A stretch of 62,462 nt of DNA, filler included. It is 3 parts of 3 records of this genome, joined end to end, with 100 filler letters (N's around TTAATTAATTAA, not from the genome) between each part and the next. Parts side by side here need not be neighbours in the genome. Positions count along the whole stretch, not along the records: positions 21,953 to 52,676 come from SRR22947727_4930; 2 more parts are not named here. One strand, written 5' to 3'. Made by a program: the position numbers and the translations under genes. The first letter of the stretch is position 1. Every line of letters begins with the position of its first letter. Shown piece by piece: positions 26,931 to 36,824 of this stretch. Below the pieces are notes generated by a model that searched no databases, was not told the DNA's origin, and saw only the letters and a list, made by a program, of their open reading frames with translations.

Positions 26931-28676
26931 ATGAGCAACGATATCGACCCCTCGCAAGAAGCCGCCGAATTGGCTGAAATTAACAAACTGCCGCTCGGCA
27001 AGCGCCTTGGCTATTACACGAAAAAATCGGGGCCCGGTTGGTTGCAGGCCGCAATTACGCTCGGTGGGGGCTCGCTTGCCAGCGCCCTGTTCCTCGGGGT
27101 GATTCTGGAATACAACCTGATGTGGCTTCAGCCGCTCGCGATGATTTTCGGAGTGATCATGCTAAGTGCGATCGCTTACGTCACGCTTTCCAGCGGAAAA
27201 CGGCCTTTCGGAGCGATTAACAAACACGTCAGTCCTGTTCTCGGATGGGCTTGGCTAATCGCTGCGATGATGGCGAATATTGTTTGGTGTTTGCCTCAGT
27301 TTGCCCTCGGAACCGGTGCCGTTCAGCAAAACTTGATCCCATCTCTCGAATCCGTGACGTGGGCTCCCTGGGCGATTGGTGCCGCTTTACTCATCGTTTG
27401 TGCACTGATCGTGAAGGCTTACGATCGCGACAGCGCCGGGGTAAAGTTGTTCGAGATCATTTTGAAGGTTCTCGTTGGGATTGTGGTTGTTTCATTCTTC
27501 CTCGTGGTCGCAAAGTTGACGATGGCGGGAACGCTTGAGTGGGGAGCCATTTTCAAAGGCCTCATCCCGAATTTCTCCTTCCTTTCTCAGCCAGCTCCTG
27601 CGATTCAGGCTGCGATTGACGCGACTGACCCAACTGCGGCAGAGACTTGGAAAACTCAGATTAGTGGGATTCAGACTGATAAAATTATCGCTGCTTTTGG
27701 AACGGCAGTGGGGATTAACATGACGTTTCTCCTGCCTTATTCGATGTTGAAAAAGGGTTGGGGTAAGCCCCATCGCGGCTTAGCAACTTTCGACCTTTCA
27801 ACCGGTCTCATCATTCCGTTTATCATCGCAACCAGCTGCATCGTGATCGCTGCAGGAAGTCAGTTTCATGGGAAATTTGACGACAGCCTCAATCCGGACG
27901 GCACTGTGATTGCTGGAAAAGAATCCGGATTTAACAAAGTGGCTGATTCGTTTGTGAAAGCGAATTTCGCGACTGAGTTTACCGCGATAAAAGAAGCGGC
28001 AGATTTGGAAACAAAAAATGGTAAAGCCGAATTCGAGGCAACAACGGAAGCAAAAGTCGCTGAGCTCCGCGACGGCCTGTCTTTGGAAAACAAAAAGCTC
28101 GCTGCTATGTTGGTTGATCGGAAAGACCGCGATCTTGCCAAATCCCTATCTGCATTGGCTGGGGAAGGCGTTGGACGAATCATTTTCGGAGTCGGGGTGT
28201 TGGGAATGGCGATCTCGACCATCATTATTCTCATGCTCATTAACGGGTTCTGCCTCTGTGAAGCGCTCGGACGGCCGAATGACAAGAAACTGCATTTCAT
28301 TGGGGCGCTGATCCCGGGTTTCGTTGGCATTTGCTTCCCGATCATTTGGAAAGGCGATTCGCTCGCCGCGCTTGCTGTTCCCACATCCGTGATCGGTTTC
28401 TCGCTTCTGCCGATTGCGTATTTCACCTTCCTTTTGCTCATGAATTCGAAGAATCTCCTCGGCGACGCGATGCCGAAGGGCGGAAAACGCGTCATCTGGA
28501 ATCTCGCGATGATCGTCGCGACCGGCGCAGCGACGTTTGGCTCGATTTGGGCCATGAAGGATCGGGCGTTCAAAGGATTTGCCTTCGGTAAACTCGGAAT
28601 CGCTATTTTAATCCTGCTATTCGTCCTCGGAACCTTCGGCTTCATTGCTAAGAATCGCAAAAATCGGCAGGACTGA
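26931..28676 (+). CDS. Nramp-like (APC superfamily) transporter
   Basis: GPGWLQAAITLGGGS, about 11-12 TM segments, VGINMTF; long hydrophilic loop near residues 310-410; substrate unknown. Confidence 0.75.
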   Translation: MSNDIDPSQEAAELAEINKLPLGKRLGYYTKKSGPGWLQAAITLGGGSLASALFLGVILEYNLMWLQPLAMIFGVIMLSAIAYVTLSSGKRPFGAINKHVSPVLGWAWLIAAMMANIVWCLPQFALGTGAVQQNLIPSLESVTWAPWAIGAALLIVCALIVKAYDRDSAGVKLFEIILKVLVGIVVVSFFLVVAKLTMAGTLEWGAIFKGLIPNFSFLSQPAPAIQAAIDATDPTAAETWKTQISGIQTDKIIAAFGTAVGINMTFLLPYSMLKKGWGKPHRGLATFDLSTGLIIPFIIATSCIVIAAGSQFHGKFDDSLNPDGTVIAGKESGFNKVADSFVKANFATEFTAIKEAADLETKNGKAEFEATTEAKVAELRDGLSLENKKLAAMLVDRKDRDLAKSLSALAGEGVGRIIFGVGVLGMAISTIIILMLINGFCLCEALGRPNDKKLHFIGALIPGFVGICFPIIWKGDSLAALAVPTSVIGFSLLPIAYFTFLLLMNSKNLLGDAMPKGGKRVIWNLAMIVATGAATFGSIWAMKDRAFKGFAFGKLGIAILILLFVLGTFGFIAKNRKNRQD

Positions 28677-28713
28677 TCGCTGACGCCCGAAACCTGATCC
28701 CTTCTCCCCAACC

Positions 28714-29760
28714 ATGAAATTCGGAATCATCGGAGCCGGCATGATTGCCAACTTCCACGCCAAAGCCATCGCTGCGATGGACGGCGGAGAACTACACTCG
28801 TTTTACGGACGTCGGCAGGAAGCTGTCGACGAACTCGTCGCTGAAAACGGAGGCATCGGTTACACCGACCTCGATGCGTTTCTTGCTGACCCAGAGCTCG
28901 ACATCGTGACCATCGCGACGCCAAGCGGAGCGCATTTGGAGCCAGCATTGGCTGCGGCTAAAGCGGGAAAACACGTCGTTTGCGAAAAGCCGCTCGAAGT
29001 CACGCCTGAGCGGATTGATCAAATGATCGCTGCGTGCGACGAAGCTGGAGTGACCTTGTCCGGAATTTTCAATCGCCGGTTTCACCCCGCGATGGATGTC
29101 TTCAAAAAGGCCGTCGATGACGGTCGATTTGGTCAACTAACGCTGTGCGACGCCACCGTAAAATGGTATCGCGATCAGGCCTACTACGACTCCGGCGCAT
29201 GGCGCGGAACGTGGGCACTCGATGGCGGCGGTGCGTTGATGAATCAGTCGATCCACTTGATCGATCAGCTCATTTATTTGGCGGGAGACGTCGCTGCAGT
29301 TTCAGCCTCAATGGCCTGTCTCGCTCACGAAGGCATCGAAGTTGAAGACACCGCCGTGGCGATTCTCGAATTCAAAAACGGTGCTCGCGGCATCATTCAA
29401 GGATCCACCGCCTGCTATTCTTCAACCGGACACCCCGGCGAAGTGAATCTCTGCGGCGATCAAGGTTCCGTATTTCTTTCCGACGAAAAATTCCGCGTCT
29501 GGGATTTTGCCGAAGCCAAACCCGAAGACGAAGACATCCAGGCAAATCTCATGACCACCTCCGAAGGCGGCGGCCTGGGAGCCAATGATCCCAGCGCAAT
29601 CAACTTTCTCGGTCATCAGCTCAATTTCGAAGACGTCGTCAAATCGATCACCGAAGGTCGCCCTCCCCGCGTCGGCGGCACCGAAGCACGTCGTGCCGTT
29701 GCCTTGATTTGCGCGATCTACGAAAGCGCTAAAAATGGCGGAAAGCGGGTTGATCTCTAA
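28714..29760 (+). CDS. Gfo/Idh/MocA oxidoreductase
   Basis: FGIIGAGMIA, TPSGAH, HVVCEKP, DGGGALMNQSIH. Confidence 0.93.
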   Translation: MKFGIIGAGMIANFHAKAIAAMDGGELHSFYGRRQEAVDELVAENGGIGYTDLDAFLADPELDIVTIATPSGAHLEPALAAAKAGKHVVCEKPLEVTPERIDQMIAACDEAGVTLSGIFNRRFHPAMDVFKKAVDDGRFGQLTLCDATVKWYRDQAYYDSGAWRGTWALDGGGALMNQSIHLIDQLIYLAGDVAAVSASMACLAHEGIEVEDTAVAILEFKNGARGIIQGSTACYSSTGHPGEVNLCGDQGSVFLSDEKFRVWDFAEAKPEDEDIQANLMTTSEGGGLGANDPSAINFLGHQLNFEDVVKSITEGRPPRVGGTEARRAVALICAIYESAKNGGKRVDL

Positions 29761-29771
29761 GGCTTTCTTTT

Positions 29772-29814
29772 CGAACCAATAGGGTTGGATCAATGAACTT
29801 ACCCTGTTGATTCA
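29772..29814. repeat. 43-bp doublet of palindromic unit (between convergent genes)
   Basis: CGAACCAA-TAGGG-TTGGATCA-A-TGAACTTA-CCCTG-TTGATTCA. Confidence 0.88.
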
Positions 29815-29861
29815 AAATGCAGCCATGCACCAACGCTTAGGCTGTTGATTTTCTACTTTGA

Positions 29862-30134
29862 TCATTCAACGCCCCAAGAAATAAGACGCAATACCAGCTC
29901 GTGAGATAAGATGGCACCGATTCCAAGGCCAAACCCGACTGCTGCCGCTATTTTGCTGGAAATTACATCACCCCGTTTCCCAAATTGCCTCCTGACAGGG
30001 ATCAGGAAGATGACCAACATTATAATTGCGATCAATATCCGAATGATAAGCGTAAGAAAGTCTGGTGTCTGATTGACTAGGACCACACCGACCAAGGTTG
30101 TTGTGACCGCTGTGATTACCAATACTGACTTCAT
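29862..30134 (-). CDS. Small membrane protein
   Basis: 90 aa with three hydrophobic segments. Confidence 0.55.
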   Translation of the reverse strand: MKSVLVITAVTTTLVGVVLVNQTPDFLTLIIRILIAIIMLVIFLIPVRRQFGKRGDVISSKIAAAVGFGLGIGAILSHELVLRLISWGVE

Positions 30135-30188
30135 AGATTTTTACATCCGGAGCTATTCCATTCCCAAAAAACGGTTCGTTTCTCTGCT

Positions 30189-31577
30189 CTACGAACCCGC
30201 GATGATCTCCACATTATCAATGAAAATCGGCGCGAGATTCCACTTGTTGTAGATGATGATCTTTCCTGAATCCCGTTCGAGCTGAATCGGAATGGAAAGC
30301 TGCTGCCACTCTTTATTTGCCTTGAATGAAGGCTGGTAGATCACTCTTGAAATACTTTCTGCATCATAAACGTCGACCTGCAACAGCCCGACGTCTTTGT
30401 GTTTCTCGAGATTTAGATTTCCTTTTTTCGCCAACGCGCTGAACCGCAAGGTGACGCCTTTCGCCGTCGGGATTTTTAAATCATCAATATAAAACGCCAG
30501 CGAATCGTCACGAAACTCGTAGCAATCATTGGCTTTCTCGACGGGATCAAAAGCGTTGCCACCGGTATCAAAATGATTCGCGTAAATCGGCGGCCCATCC
30601 GATTTCTTCTTTGCCGCGGCTGATTTCTTCGGCTCGTATTTCAGCCGTTTGTGAGGCTCTTGGAAAAACAAGGCGCCTTTCGTTTGGGTTTTCCGACGGT
30701 AGACAGTGTCGCCGCAAGCGATGTAAAGGTATTCGTGATTTGGCCCCGCGAAACAAACACTGACAATGCTTTCATCTTTGGGTTTGGCGATCACGCCGCC
30801 CAGCCGGCCGGTTGGATCATACATTTGCAAACCAACCGCAGTCGTCACATACCAACGACCGTGAGCATCGGTCGCCATTCCGTCTCCTTTTGCGATTTCA
30901 GGGTCCACCACTGGTGTGCGCATTTCCATGTAAGCTTGAGGAGAATTCAACGTTCCGTCTTCACCAATCTGAAACACAGAAACAAATTTCCCACCGTGGT
31001 CTGAAACCGCCAACGTGCTTTGGTCGGGCGAAAGCGTGATTCCGTTTGGTTTTTTTACGGTCCCGGTATCCACCACGGTCATTTCCCCCTGAGGATCAAT
31101 TCGGCGAATTTCCGATGTCGAGGTCATCGTGAAATACATATTCCCGTCGTGCGTCACCACCAAATCGTTTGGCCGAACTTCAGTGGCAAGTTCTTTCATC
31201 TCACCCTTCTTTGAAAAAGAAACCACCCGCTGTCCGCGAGCGACACAAGCATAAAGCCGACCGTCTGCGCCCCACTGCAATCCGCTGATCCCCGTGACCT
31301 CTGGAATGAAGTCTGTCTTGTTTCCGTCGAGATCAACTTTGTAAATCGCCATGCCGCCCTTCACGTCGGCGAAATACAAATTCCCCTCCGCATCGGTGCA
31401 CAAACCATCCGTGAAGTTGTGACCAGAACTGACGGCTTCCCAGTCTTCGCCATCAATCAAGACTTGGCTCAGAGGCATGTCTTGAGATAAAAGACTACCG
31501 CTCAGGAAAACACAAAAAGCGACAACGGTTTGGTGGAAGCAAGTTTTCAACCTCGAACAATAACTCATATTCAACAT
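30189..31577 (-). CDS. SMP-30/gluconolactonase family protein with extra C-terminal domain
   Basis: FTDGL..D..GNLYFAD, RPNDL, KPNGITLSPD, GDGMATD; about 140-aa C-terminal extension; start uncertain (31577 or 31568). Confidence 0.85.
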   Translation of the reverse strand: MLNMSYCSRLKTCFHQTVVAFCVFLSGSLLSQDMPLSQVLIDGEDWEAVSSGHNFTDGLCTDAEGNLYFADVKGGMAIYKVDLDGNKTDFIPEVTGISGLQWGADGRLYACVARGQRVVSFSKKGEMKELATEVRPNDLVVTHDGNMYFTMTSTSEIRRIDPQGEMTVVDTGTVKKPNGITLSPDQSTLAVSDHGGKFVSVFQIGEDGTLNSPQAYMEMRTPVVDPEIAKGDGMATDAHGRWYVTTAVGLQMYDPTGRLGGVIAKPKDESIVSVCFAGPNHEYLYIACGDTVYRRKTQTKGALFFQEPHKRLKYEPKKSAAAKKKSDGPPIYANHFDTGGNAFDPVEKANDCYEFRDDSLAFYIDDLKIPTAKGVTLRFSALAKKGNLNLEKHKDVGLLQVDVYDAESISRVIYQPSFKANKEWQQLSIPIQLERDSGKIIIYNKWNLAPIFIDNVEIIAGS

Positions 31578-31581
31578 TTTG

Positions 31582-32454
31582 TCAGGGCTGGAGTTCTTTC
31601 CAGTCACGCCAAAGCCAGCGAAGGGTGTCCGGAAAAATCGCGCCACCATGACGACCGGAATGTCGACCGGTGCCTAACACGAATTTGTAATCGTATTTTG
31701 AAAACTCGAACGCAGCTGCCATTTGTTGGTTCGCCAGCGGCCAGTTGCCGTGAAGATTATCAAGATCGTTCTCGCCGTCCTGAATAAAAACGCGCAGCGG
31801 CTTCTTGTCCGTTTTTCGAATCAAAGCAGGGTAAACGTGCCCTCCACGAATATTGGTGAAGCTGCCGATGTGACTGATCACTTTCCGAAATTCGTCGGGC
31901 CGTTCCCACGCAACAGTGAACGCGGCAATGCCACCCGAGCTGTTTCCGCAAATCGCGCGGGCATCGGGATTTTTAGTAAGATTGTATTTTTTCGCCACTT
32001 CAGGAAGCATTTCCTCCATCAGAAAGCGGGCATACTGATCGCTCAACGTATCGTATTCAAAACTGCGATTACTCCGCGCCTCTTGACCTTTTTTGGCAGC
32101 AGGGACTTTTCCGGGATTGATAAAAATCCCAATCGTGACCGGCATTTCTCCTGCGTCGATAAGGTTATCAAAAACGATCGGCGCGCGGAAGGAGCCTTTT
32201 TCTCTGACAAATCCGCCCCCGTCTTGAAGGACCATGACGCACGCCGGTTTGGCTGAATCATACTGAGCCGGAACGTAAACCCAGTAGTCACGAACCGTTC
32301 CGGGAAAAATCTTACTGGTCCACGAATACTGCGTCACCTCGCCTTTGGGAACACCTTCTTTGACCTCCGCGTCCGGACCGGGTTTGTAATCTTCGTCAGC
32401 AGCGATCAGAAAACCGCTTACGGTAAATAGAATAAGAGCTGGAGCGAGTCGCAT
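31582..32454 (-). CDS. Secreted Fes-like alpha/beta-hydrolase (putative esterase)
   Basis: RDYWVYVPAQY, QDGG, NRSFEYD, ICGNSSGG (GxSxG), LRWLW. Confidence 0.88.
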   Translation of the reverse strand: MRLAPALILFTVSGFLIAADEDYKPGPDAEVKEGVPKGEVTQYSWTSKIFPGTVRDYWVYVPAQYDSAKPACVMVLQDGGGFVREKGSFRAPIVFDNLIDAGEMPVTIGIFINPGKVPAAKKGQEARSNRSFEYDTLSDQYARFLMEEMLPEVAKKYNLTKNPDARAICGNSSGGIAAFTVAWERPDEFRKVISHIGSFTNIRGGHVYPALIRKTDKKPLRVFIQDGENDLDNLHGNWPLANQQMAAAFEFSKYDYKFVLGTGRHSGRHGGAIFPDTLRWLWRDWKELQP

Positions 32455-32589
32455 AACTTAATTGGGCAGGAAACAGAGTTGAAAATCAGCCAATGGGAAC
32501 GATTATCTAAGTTTTATCAATAATCAGTTTTATTGAATTTTCTGGAAATTACAGCTTCCAAACACTGCCCATAAGAACCTGTCTTTTCA

Positions 32590-33810
32590 ATGGCCGATAT
32601 CAATACTTTTAGCGGCGGGGATGATGCCCTGCCGAGCGAACGTCTTATTTGTCTCGATATTTTTCGGGGCCTTGTGCTTTTTTTGCTGTTGCTGGGGGCA
32701 GCAAATTGGGACTGGCAACAGCATTTCGCGGATTCCCATCCGGACTCCTGGTTCGCCCAATTCGTCGGCTTTCAGCTTGATCATGCGCCCTGGCAGGGAG
32801 TCACCTTTTGGGATCTCATTCAGCCCGCGTTCATGTTCATGGTTGGCGTGTCCATGCCGTTTTCCTATTTGAGCCGTGCTCATCGCGGCGAGCGTTACGG
32901 CGATCTTCTCACCCACGCTTTGATTCGTTCGCTGGTGCTGATCTTCCTGGGAATCTTCCTTCGATCGATGTTTTCGGAGTCGACGAATTGGACTTTCGAA
33001 GACGTGCTAACGCAAATTGGACTCGGTTATTTCGTGCTGTTTTTCATGTGGCGGAAATGGTGGCGCATTCAGGCAATTACCGTTTTCGCGGTGCTTTTTC
33101 TTTATTGGTTATTCTTCGTGATTTGGAAAACTCCAATGGAGGGATTCGATTGGGCCATTGCTGCAGGCGAAGGCTGGACCGCTCCACTGACTGGTTTCGA
33201 GGGACATTGGAATAAAAATGCCAACCCGGCCCACGGTTTTGATCTCTGGTTTTTGAACGAATTCTCTCGACCGGAACCTTTCATGGCACACGAAGGCGGC
33301 TATCAGACGCTCAACTTTGTTCCCGCATTTGTGACGATGTTGATCGGCTTGATGGCAGGTGAATTCCTTCAGGAAGAAAACCGCGGCTGGGCGATTCCCA
33401 AATTGCTCATGTTTGTCGGCGTTGTCGGAATCCTTCTCGGAGTGCTGCTCGATGCCACCGGCATTTGCCCGATCGTAAAACGAATTTGGACGCCCTCATT
33501 TGTGCTCTACAGCGGCGGATGGTGTCTGCTCGCACTTGCGATCCTATATGCCGTGACTGAATTGTATTCCGGCTGGGAAAAGGTCGGCAAACCATTCATC
33601 ATTCTCGGGATGAATTCGATCGCCGTTTACGTCATGGCGTGGATCGTTGCACCGTGGTTGAATACGATGTTAAAAATTCACCTCAGCGAAAACTACACGG
33701 GATTTTTCGGTGACGCCCTTCGTCCTTTCATGGAGAACGTGATCACCACTGTCATCGTTGGCTTGATCGCCTGGTGGATGTATAGCCGCCGTATTTTTCT
33801 ACGGATCTGA
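32590..33810 (+). CDS. HGSNAT/NagX-like (DUF5009) membrane acyltransferase
   Basis: RLICLDIFRG, HAPWQG..FWDLIQPAFMFMVG, PIVKRIWTPSF, LGMNSI. Confidence 0.85.
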   Translation: MADINTFSGGDDALPSERLICLDIFRGLVLFLLLLGAANWDWQQHFADSHPDSWFAQFVGFQLDHAPWQGVTFWDLIQPAFMFMVGVSMPFSYLSRAHRGERYGDLLTHALIRSLVLIFLGIFLRSMFSESTNWTFEDVLTQIGLGYFVLFFMWRKWWRIQAITVFAVLFLYWLFFVIWKTPMEGFDWAIAAGEGWTAPLTGFEGHWNKNANPAHGFDLWFLNEFSRPEPFMAHEGGYQTLNFVPAFVTMLIGLMAGEFLQEENRGWAIPKLLMFVGVVGILLGVLLDATGICPIVKRIWTPSFVLYSGGWCLLALAILYAVTELYSGWEKVGKPFIILGMNSIAVYVMAWIVAPWLNTMLKIHLSENYTGFFGDALRPFMENVITTVIVGLIAWWMYSRRIFLRI

Positions 33811-33819
33811 CGGCTATTG

Positions 33820-33862
33820 CGATCCGGTAGGGTACGTTCGATGAATCCACCCTGTTGGTTCG
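33820..33862. repeat. 43-bp doublet of palindromic unit (between convergent genes)
   Basis: CGATCCGG-TAGGG-TACGTTCG-A-TGAATCCA-CCCTG-TTGGTTCG. Confidence 0.85.
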
Positions 33863-33864
33863 AT

Positions 33865-35334
33865 TTACTCAAAAACCGATTTCTGAGCGGGATACAATTT
33901 GCTCAACAACTCAACAGTGAGCGGCCTGACAACTTTTTCCAAACGGCGCTGAGCTTTGTCGGCGTCGTCTTTTCCGGGAGCGGCCTTTTTCCAAATTTCG
34001 ACAAACGCTTCACGATTTTTTTCGATCAAACAGTGAACACAAACTTCCCAATGCGCGGGGTTGTTTTCGGGATCCTGCCAGACGCCACGTCCGCGCCCGA
34101 AGTGCGCTACACCGAGATAGAGCATCAGAACAAATTCCAACTGCTGGATGAAATGGTTTTCCGTCCAGCGAACTGAGTTTTTATCGCTCTGGGCAAGATT
34201 GTAGCCTTTCGCCAGAGCATAGGTCGTTGCTCCGCCGAGAACTGCCCCTAGCGCCGCACCGCCACCAAATGTCATTCCGCCATGAACCAGATCGGCTGAA
34301 ATTCCGACAACCAATCCTGACGCAGCCCCTCCAAGAGCTGATGCGATCGACTCCTCAACATCTCGACGAACGGCAAATTCTTCCTGTGAATGCTCGGCTA
34401 TTTTCCGGGCAGTTTCGCCATCGAGACCGTGCAACTCGATCAGCGAATTAATTGTGGTGCTCGTCCGCGCGGCTAAACGGGCATACATCGTTTTCTGAAC
34501 ATTCTCGAACTCGGGATCTCGATCTGTTAGGGTTTTGATGAGTCCTTTGACTTTCTCCAACATCGATTTGTCAGTGAGCTTTTCTGAGTCACAAACAGAC
34601 TGCGCCATCAGCGTTGAAATTTGAGAAACCGCCTCATCAAAAACCGCGACGTTTCGATTTTTCCACGCGTCAGTCAATTTCGTAGCCGTTTTCTTTTTGG
34701 TCTTATCCTCAACAACTGTCCCGGTAAGCTCGAGGACTTCGTGCTCCTGAATCCAACAACGGGTAAATGCATCCAGCGTTGCGACACTTTTTACGATCGG
34801 CTGTTTTGCCAAATGATCGCGCCACGCATTTTCATCGCTCGCGGTTCGCTCGGGATTGGGGCGTCCCGTTTGATTCAAAAAAACCAAGACCGGTTTTCCA
34901 ATCCATTCCAAGATCTCCATTTCCAAATCGACGTAGCCAACTGTGTCGGGTGCCTGAGACGCATCCACCAAATAAAGCACCACATCAGCGTCGCTCGAGA
35001 TATTACGAATCGCTTCCTGACTGCACCACAGCGATGTGTCTTTCATGCGATCCCACACCTGATGCAAAATCCATCCCACGGGGTTTTTGCTCGATTTCAG
35101 CCGCTTCGCAAGCTTTGCCAAATTCGAACCAAAGCCCGGTGTATCCCATAAAAGCGCTTCACGACCATCCGCCTCGATCAACGAATATCCTTCCGAAACG
35201 ACCGTGACGTGAGCACTGTCCCGCACCTCCCCCACGTCTTTTCGCAAGAGCGTCCGAGCCAATGCCGTTTTCCCAACATTCGTGTGGGAAATGAGACTGA
35301 GAACGATTTGGTTTGGGTTCTTCGATTCGGCCAT
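33865..35334 (-). CDS. P-loop GTPase with DUF3482-like C-terminus
   Basis: SHTNVGKT (G1), WDTPGF (G3), FLNQTG (G4 variant), Gly-rich hydrophobic hairpin ADLVHGGMTFGGGA. Confidence 0.8.
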   Translation of the reverse strand: MAESKNPNQIVLSLISHTNVGKTALARTLLRKDVGEVRDSAHVTVVSEGYSLIEADGREALLWDTPGFGSNLAKLAKRLKSSKNPVGWILHQVWDRMKDTSLWCSQEAIRNISSDADVVLYLVDASQAPDTVGYVDLEMEILEWIGKPVLVFLNQTGRPNPERTASDENAWRDHLAKQPIVKSVATLDAFTRCWIQEHEVLELTGTVVEDKTKKKTATKLTDAWKNRNVAVFDEAVSQISTLMAQSVCDSEKLTDKSMLEKVKGLIKTLTDRDPEFENVQKTMYARLAARTSTTINSLIELHGLDGETARKIAEHSQEEFAVRRDVEESIASALGGAASGLVVGISADLVHGGMTFGGGAALGAVLGGATTYALAKGYNLAQSDKNSVRWTENHFIQQLEFVLMLYLGVAHFGRGRGVWQDPENNPAHWEVCVHCLIEKNREAFVEIWKKAAPGKDDADKAQRRLEKVVRPLTVELLSKLYPAQKSVFE

Positions 35335-35372
35335 GATAATTCAAGTGTCGCAAAGCAGACTTCGCGGTCCTT

Positions 35373-36824
35373 TTAGACGTTCGATTTGCTAGAAGAAGTC
35401 ACATGAAGCGCTTCGCCGAATTCGGCCGGTGCTAATTCGCGCCAGCCTGCCAGTCGGGTTTCTCTACGTTGCTTAAAATCAGCGAACGAGTCCGCTTTCC
35501 GATCAAAAGATTCAGCATCGAGAAATAAATGAAGATGAGTCGTTCCTTCAGATTCCCGGACGGATTGCCCGATGTTTTTCAGGAGCGCCCCATAAGTCTC
35601 CTTCTCCGGAGTCGACGCAAAATTGAACGCGACGATCAAATCTGCCGGCCATCGTTCAAAAGCAAAACCTTCATCTTCCTCTCCAAAAGCAATCGGATTC
35701 ATCCACTCCAATTTTACAGCCCCACCGATGATATCTTCAGCATCTTTTTGGATTTTGTGTCGCATCGTTGCCGACGGATTATGAGCATAAGGCAGCACTG
35801 CGATCTTCAGCGCGTCGCCCATGGAAACAGCGAGAAGCCGATCAAAAAAGGCCGGCGCATAGGAACGAAATGGAATTATTTTCTCGCGAAGCTTGGATCG
35901 TCCTTTCCAAATGAAAGCCAGAACCAGTCGGGGCAGAATCACAAAAACGGCCGTCGTGACGGCATACAAGTGAATCCAGCGAGCCGCGTTTTCCCCTTCG
36001 TTGGTGGGTGAATTTTTCATCACCGTGAGCTGATCTAAATCCGGCAATGCAATTCCGGAGATTGCGGAAGCTGGCCCGAGAACCCCCTTGAGAAAAGGGT
36101 GTAACGTTTCTGCCGTAAAAAAAGTGCTCGCCCACACCGCATTGTATTCGTTGGCGAGCCCTTTGACATACATGCCGCCGATCGCCGCCACGGCCAAAAG
36201 AGCCGCCGCACAATGAAGCAGCGATTTCACCCGTGCGGTCATCACTGGCATCAGCGCCCGAAACCAGTTCTTTCGGAAAAGGGCCACCGATTGACGAATC
36301 TCAACCGGCTCGTCGCTCGTTTCATCATCAGCATTTTGCTTATCGGAAAATGGACTCGCCGCCAGCCAGCGCCCCAACGATCCAACATTCGTTGCGCCTT
36401 CTTTTTTACCGCGAAACAGCCCGAAAATTTCACGCAAATAAATGACGAAATTCCACAAGACAATTCCGATCAGAGGAAATGAGAGAATGTTAATTTTGCC
36501 CGGAATCCCCAGCTCGTTTGTGAGAAATCCGACGACTAGCGCGGCAATGATTACGCCCAATGAAAACAATCGAAATCGTCCCAGGGGCGCTCCTTTTACG
36601 GCAGCTGCGATTGATGGAAATCGAGGCTCCAAAAAACTAACGACTCGCTCAGCCCGACGAATCAAAAACGACTGCTGCTTTTTTTCCGAAGCGGATTCAG
36701 CCAACGGAGCACCCGCTGCATTCGACGCAAGCTCTCGCTCCGCATCCGGTAAAACCGTCCCGCTCGAATCGGATTCTTCAACCGACTGCGCGAGCAATAG
36801 GTGGCGAACGTCATTTAAATTCAT
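35373..36824 (-). CDS. DUF2868-like membrane protein
   Basis: Several TMs; YNAVWASTF and WIHLYA...ILPRL motifs; directly upstream of the DUF3482 GTPase; ATGA overlap with upstream gene. Confidence 0.75.
   Translation of the reverse strand: MNLNDVRHLLLAQSVEESDSSGTVLPDAERELASNAAGAPLAESASEKKQQSFLIRRAERVVSFLEPRFPSIAAAVKGAPLGRFRLFSLGVIIAALVVGFLTNELGIPGKINILSFPLIGIVLWNFVIYLREIFGLFRGKKEGATNVGSLGRWLAASPFSDKQNADDETSDEPVEIRQSVALFRKNWFRALMPVMTARVKSLLHCAAALLAVAAIGGMYVKGLANEYNAVWASTFFTAETLHPFLKGVLGPASAISGIALPDLDQLTVMKNSPTNEGENAARWIHLYAVTTAVFVILPRLVLAFIWKGRSKLREKIIPFRSYAPAFFDRLLAVSMGDALKIAVLPYAHNPSATMRHKIQKDAEDIIGGAVKLEWMNPIAFGEEDEGFAFERWPADLIVAFNFASTPEKETYGALLKNIGQSVRESEGTTHLHLFLDAESFDRKADSFADFKQRRETRLAGWRELAPAEFGEALHVTSSSKSNV

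Noticed and set aside
29772-33862. Doublets between convergent genes interpreted as simple intrinsic terminators
   Set aside because: They lack U-tracts, and the same sequence occurs inside CDSs and upstream of start codons. A secondary terminator role remains possible.
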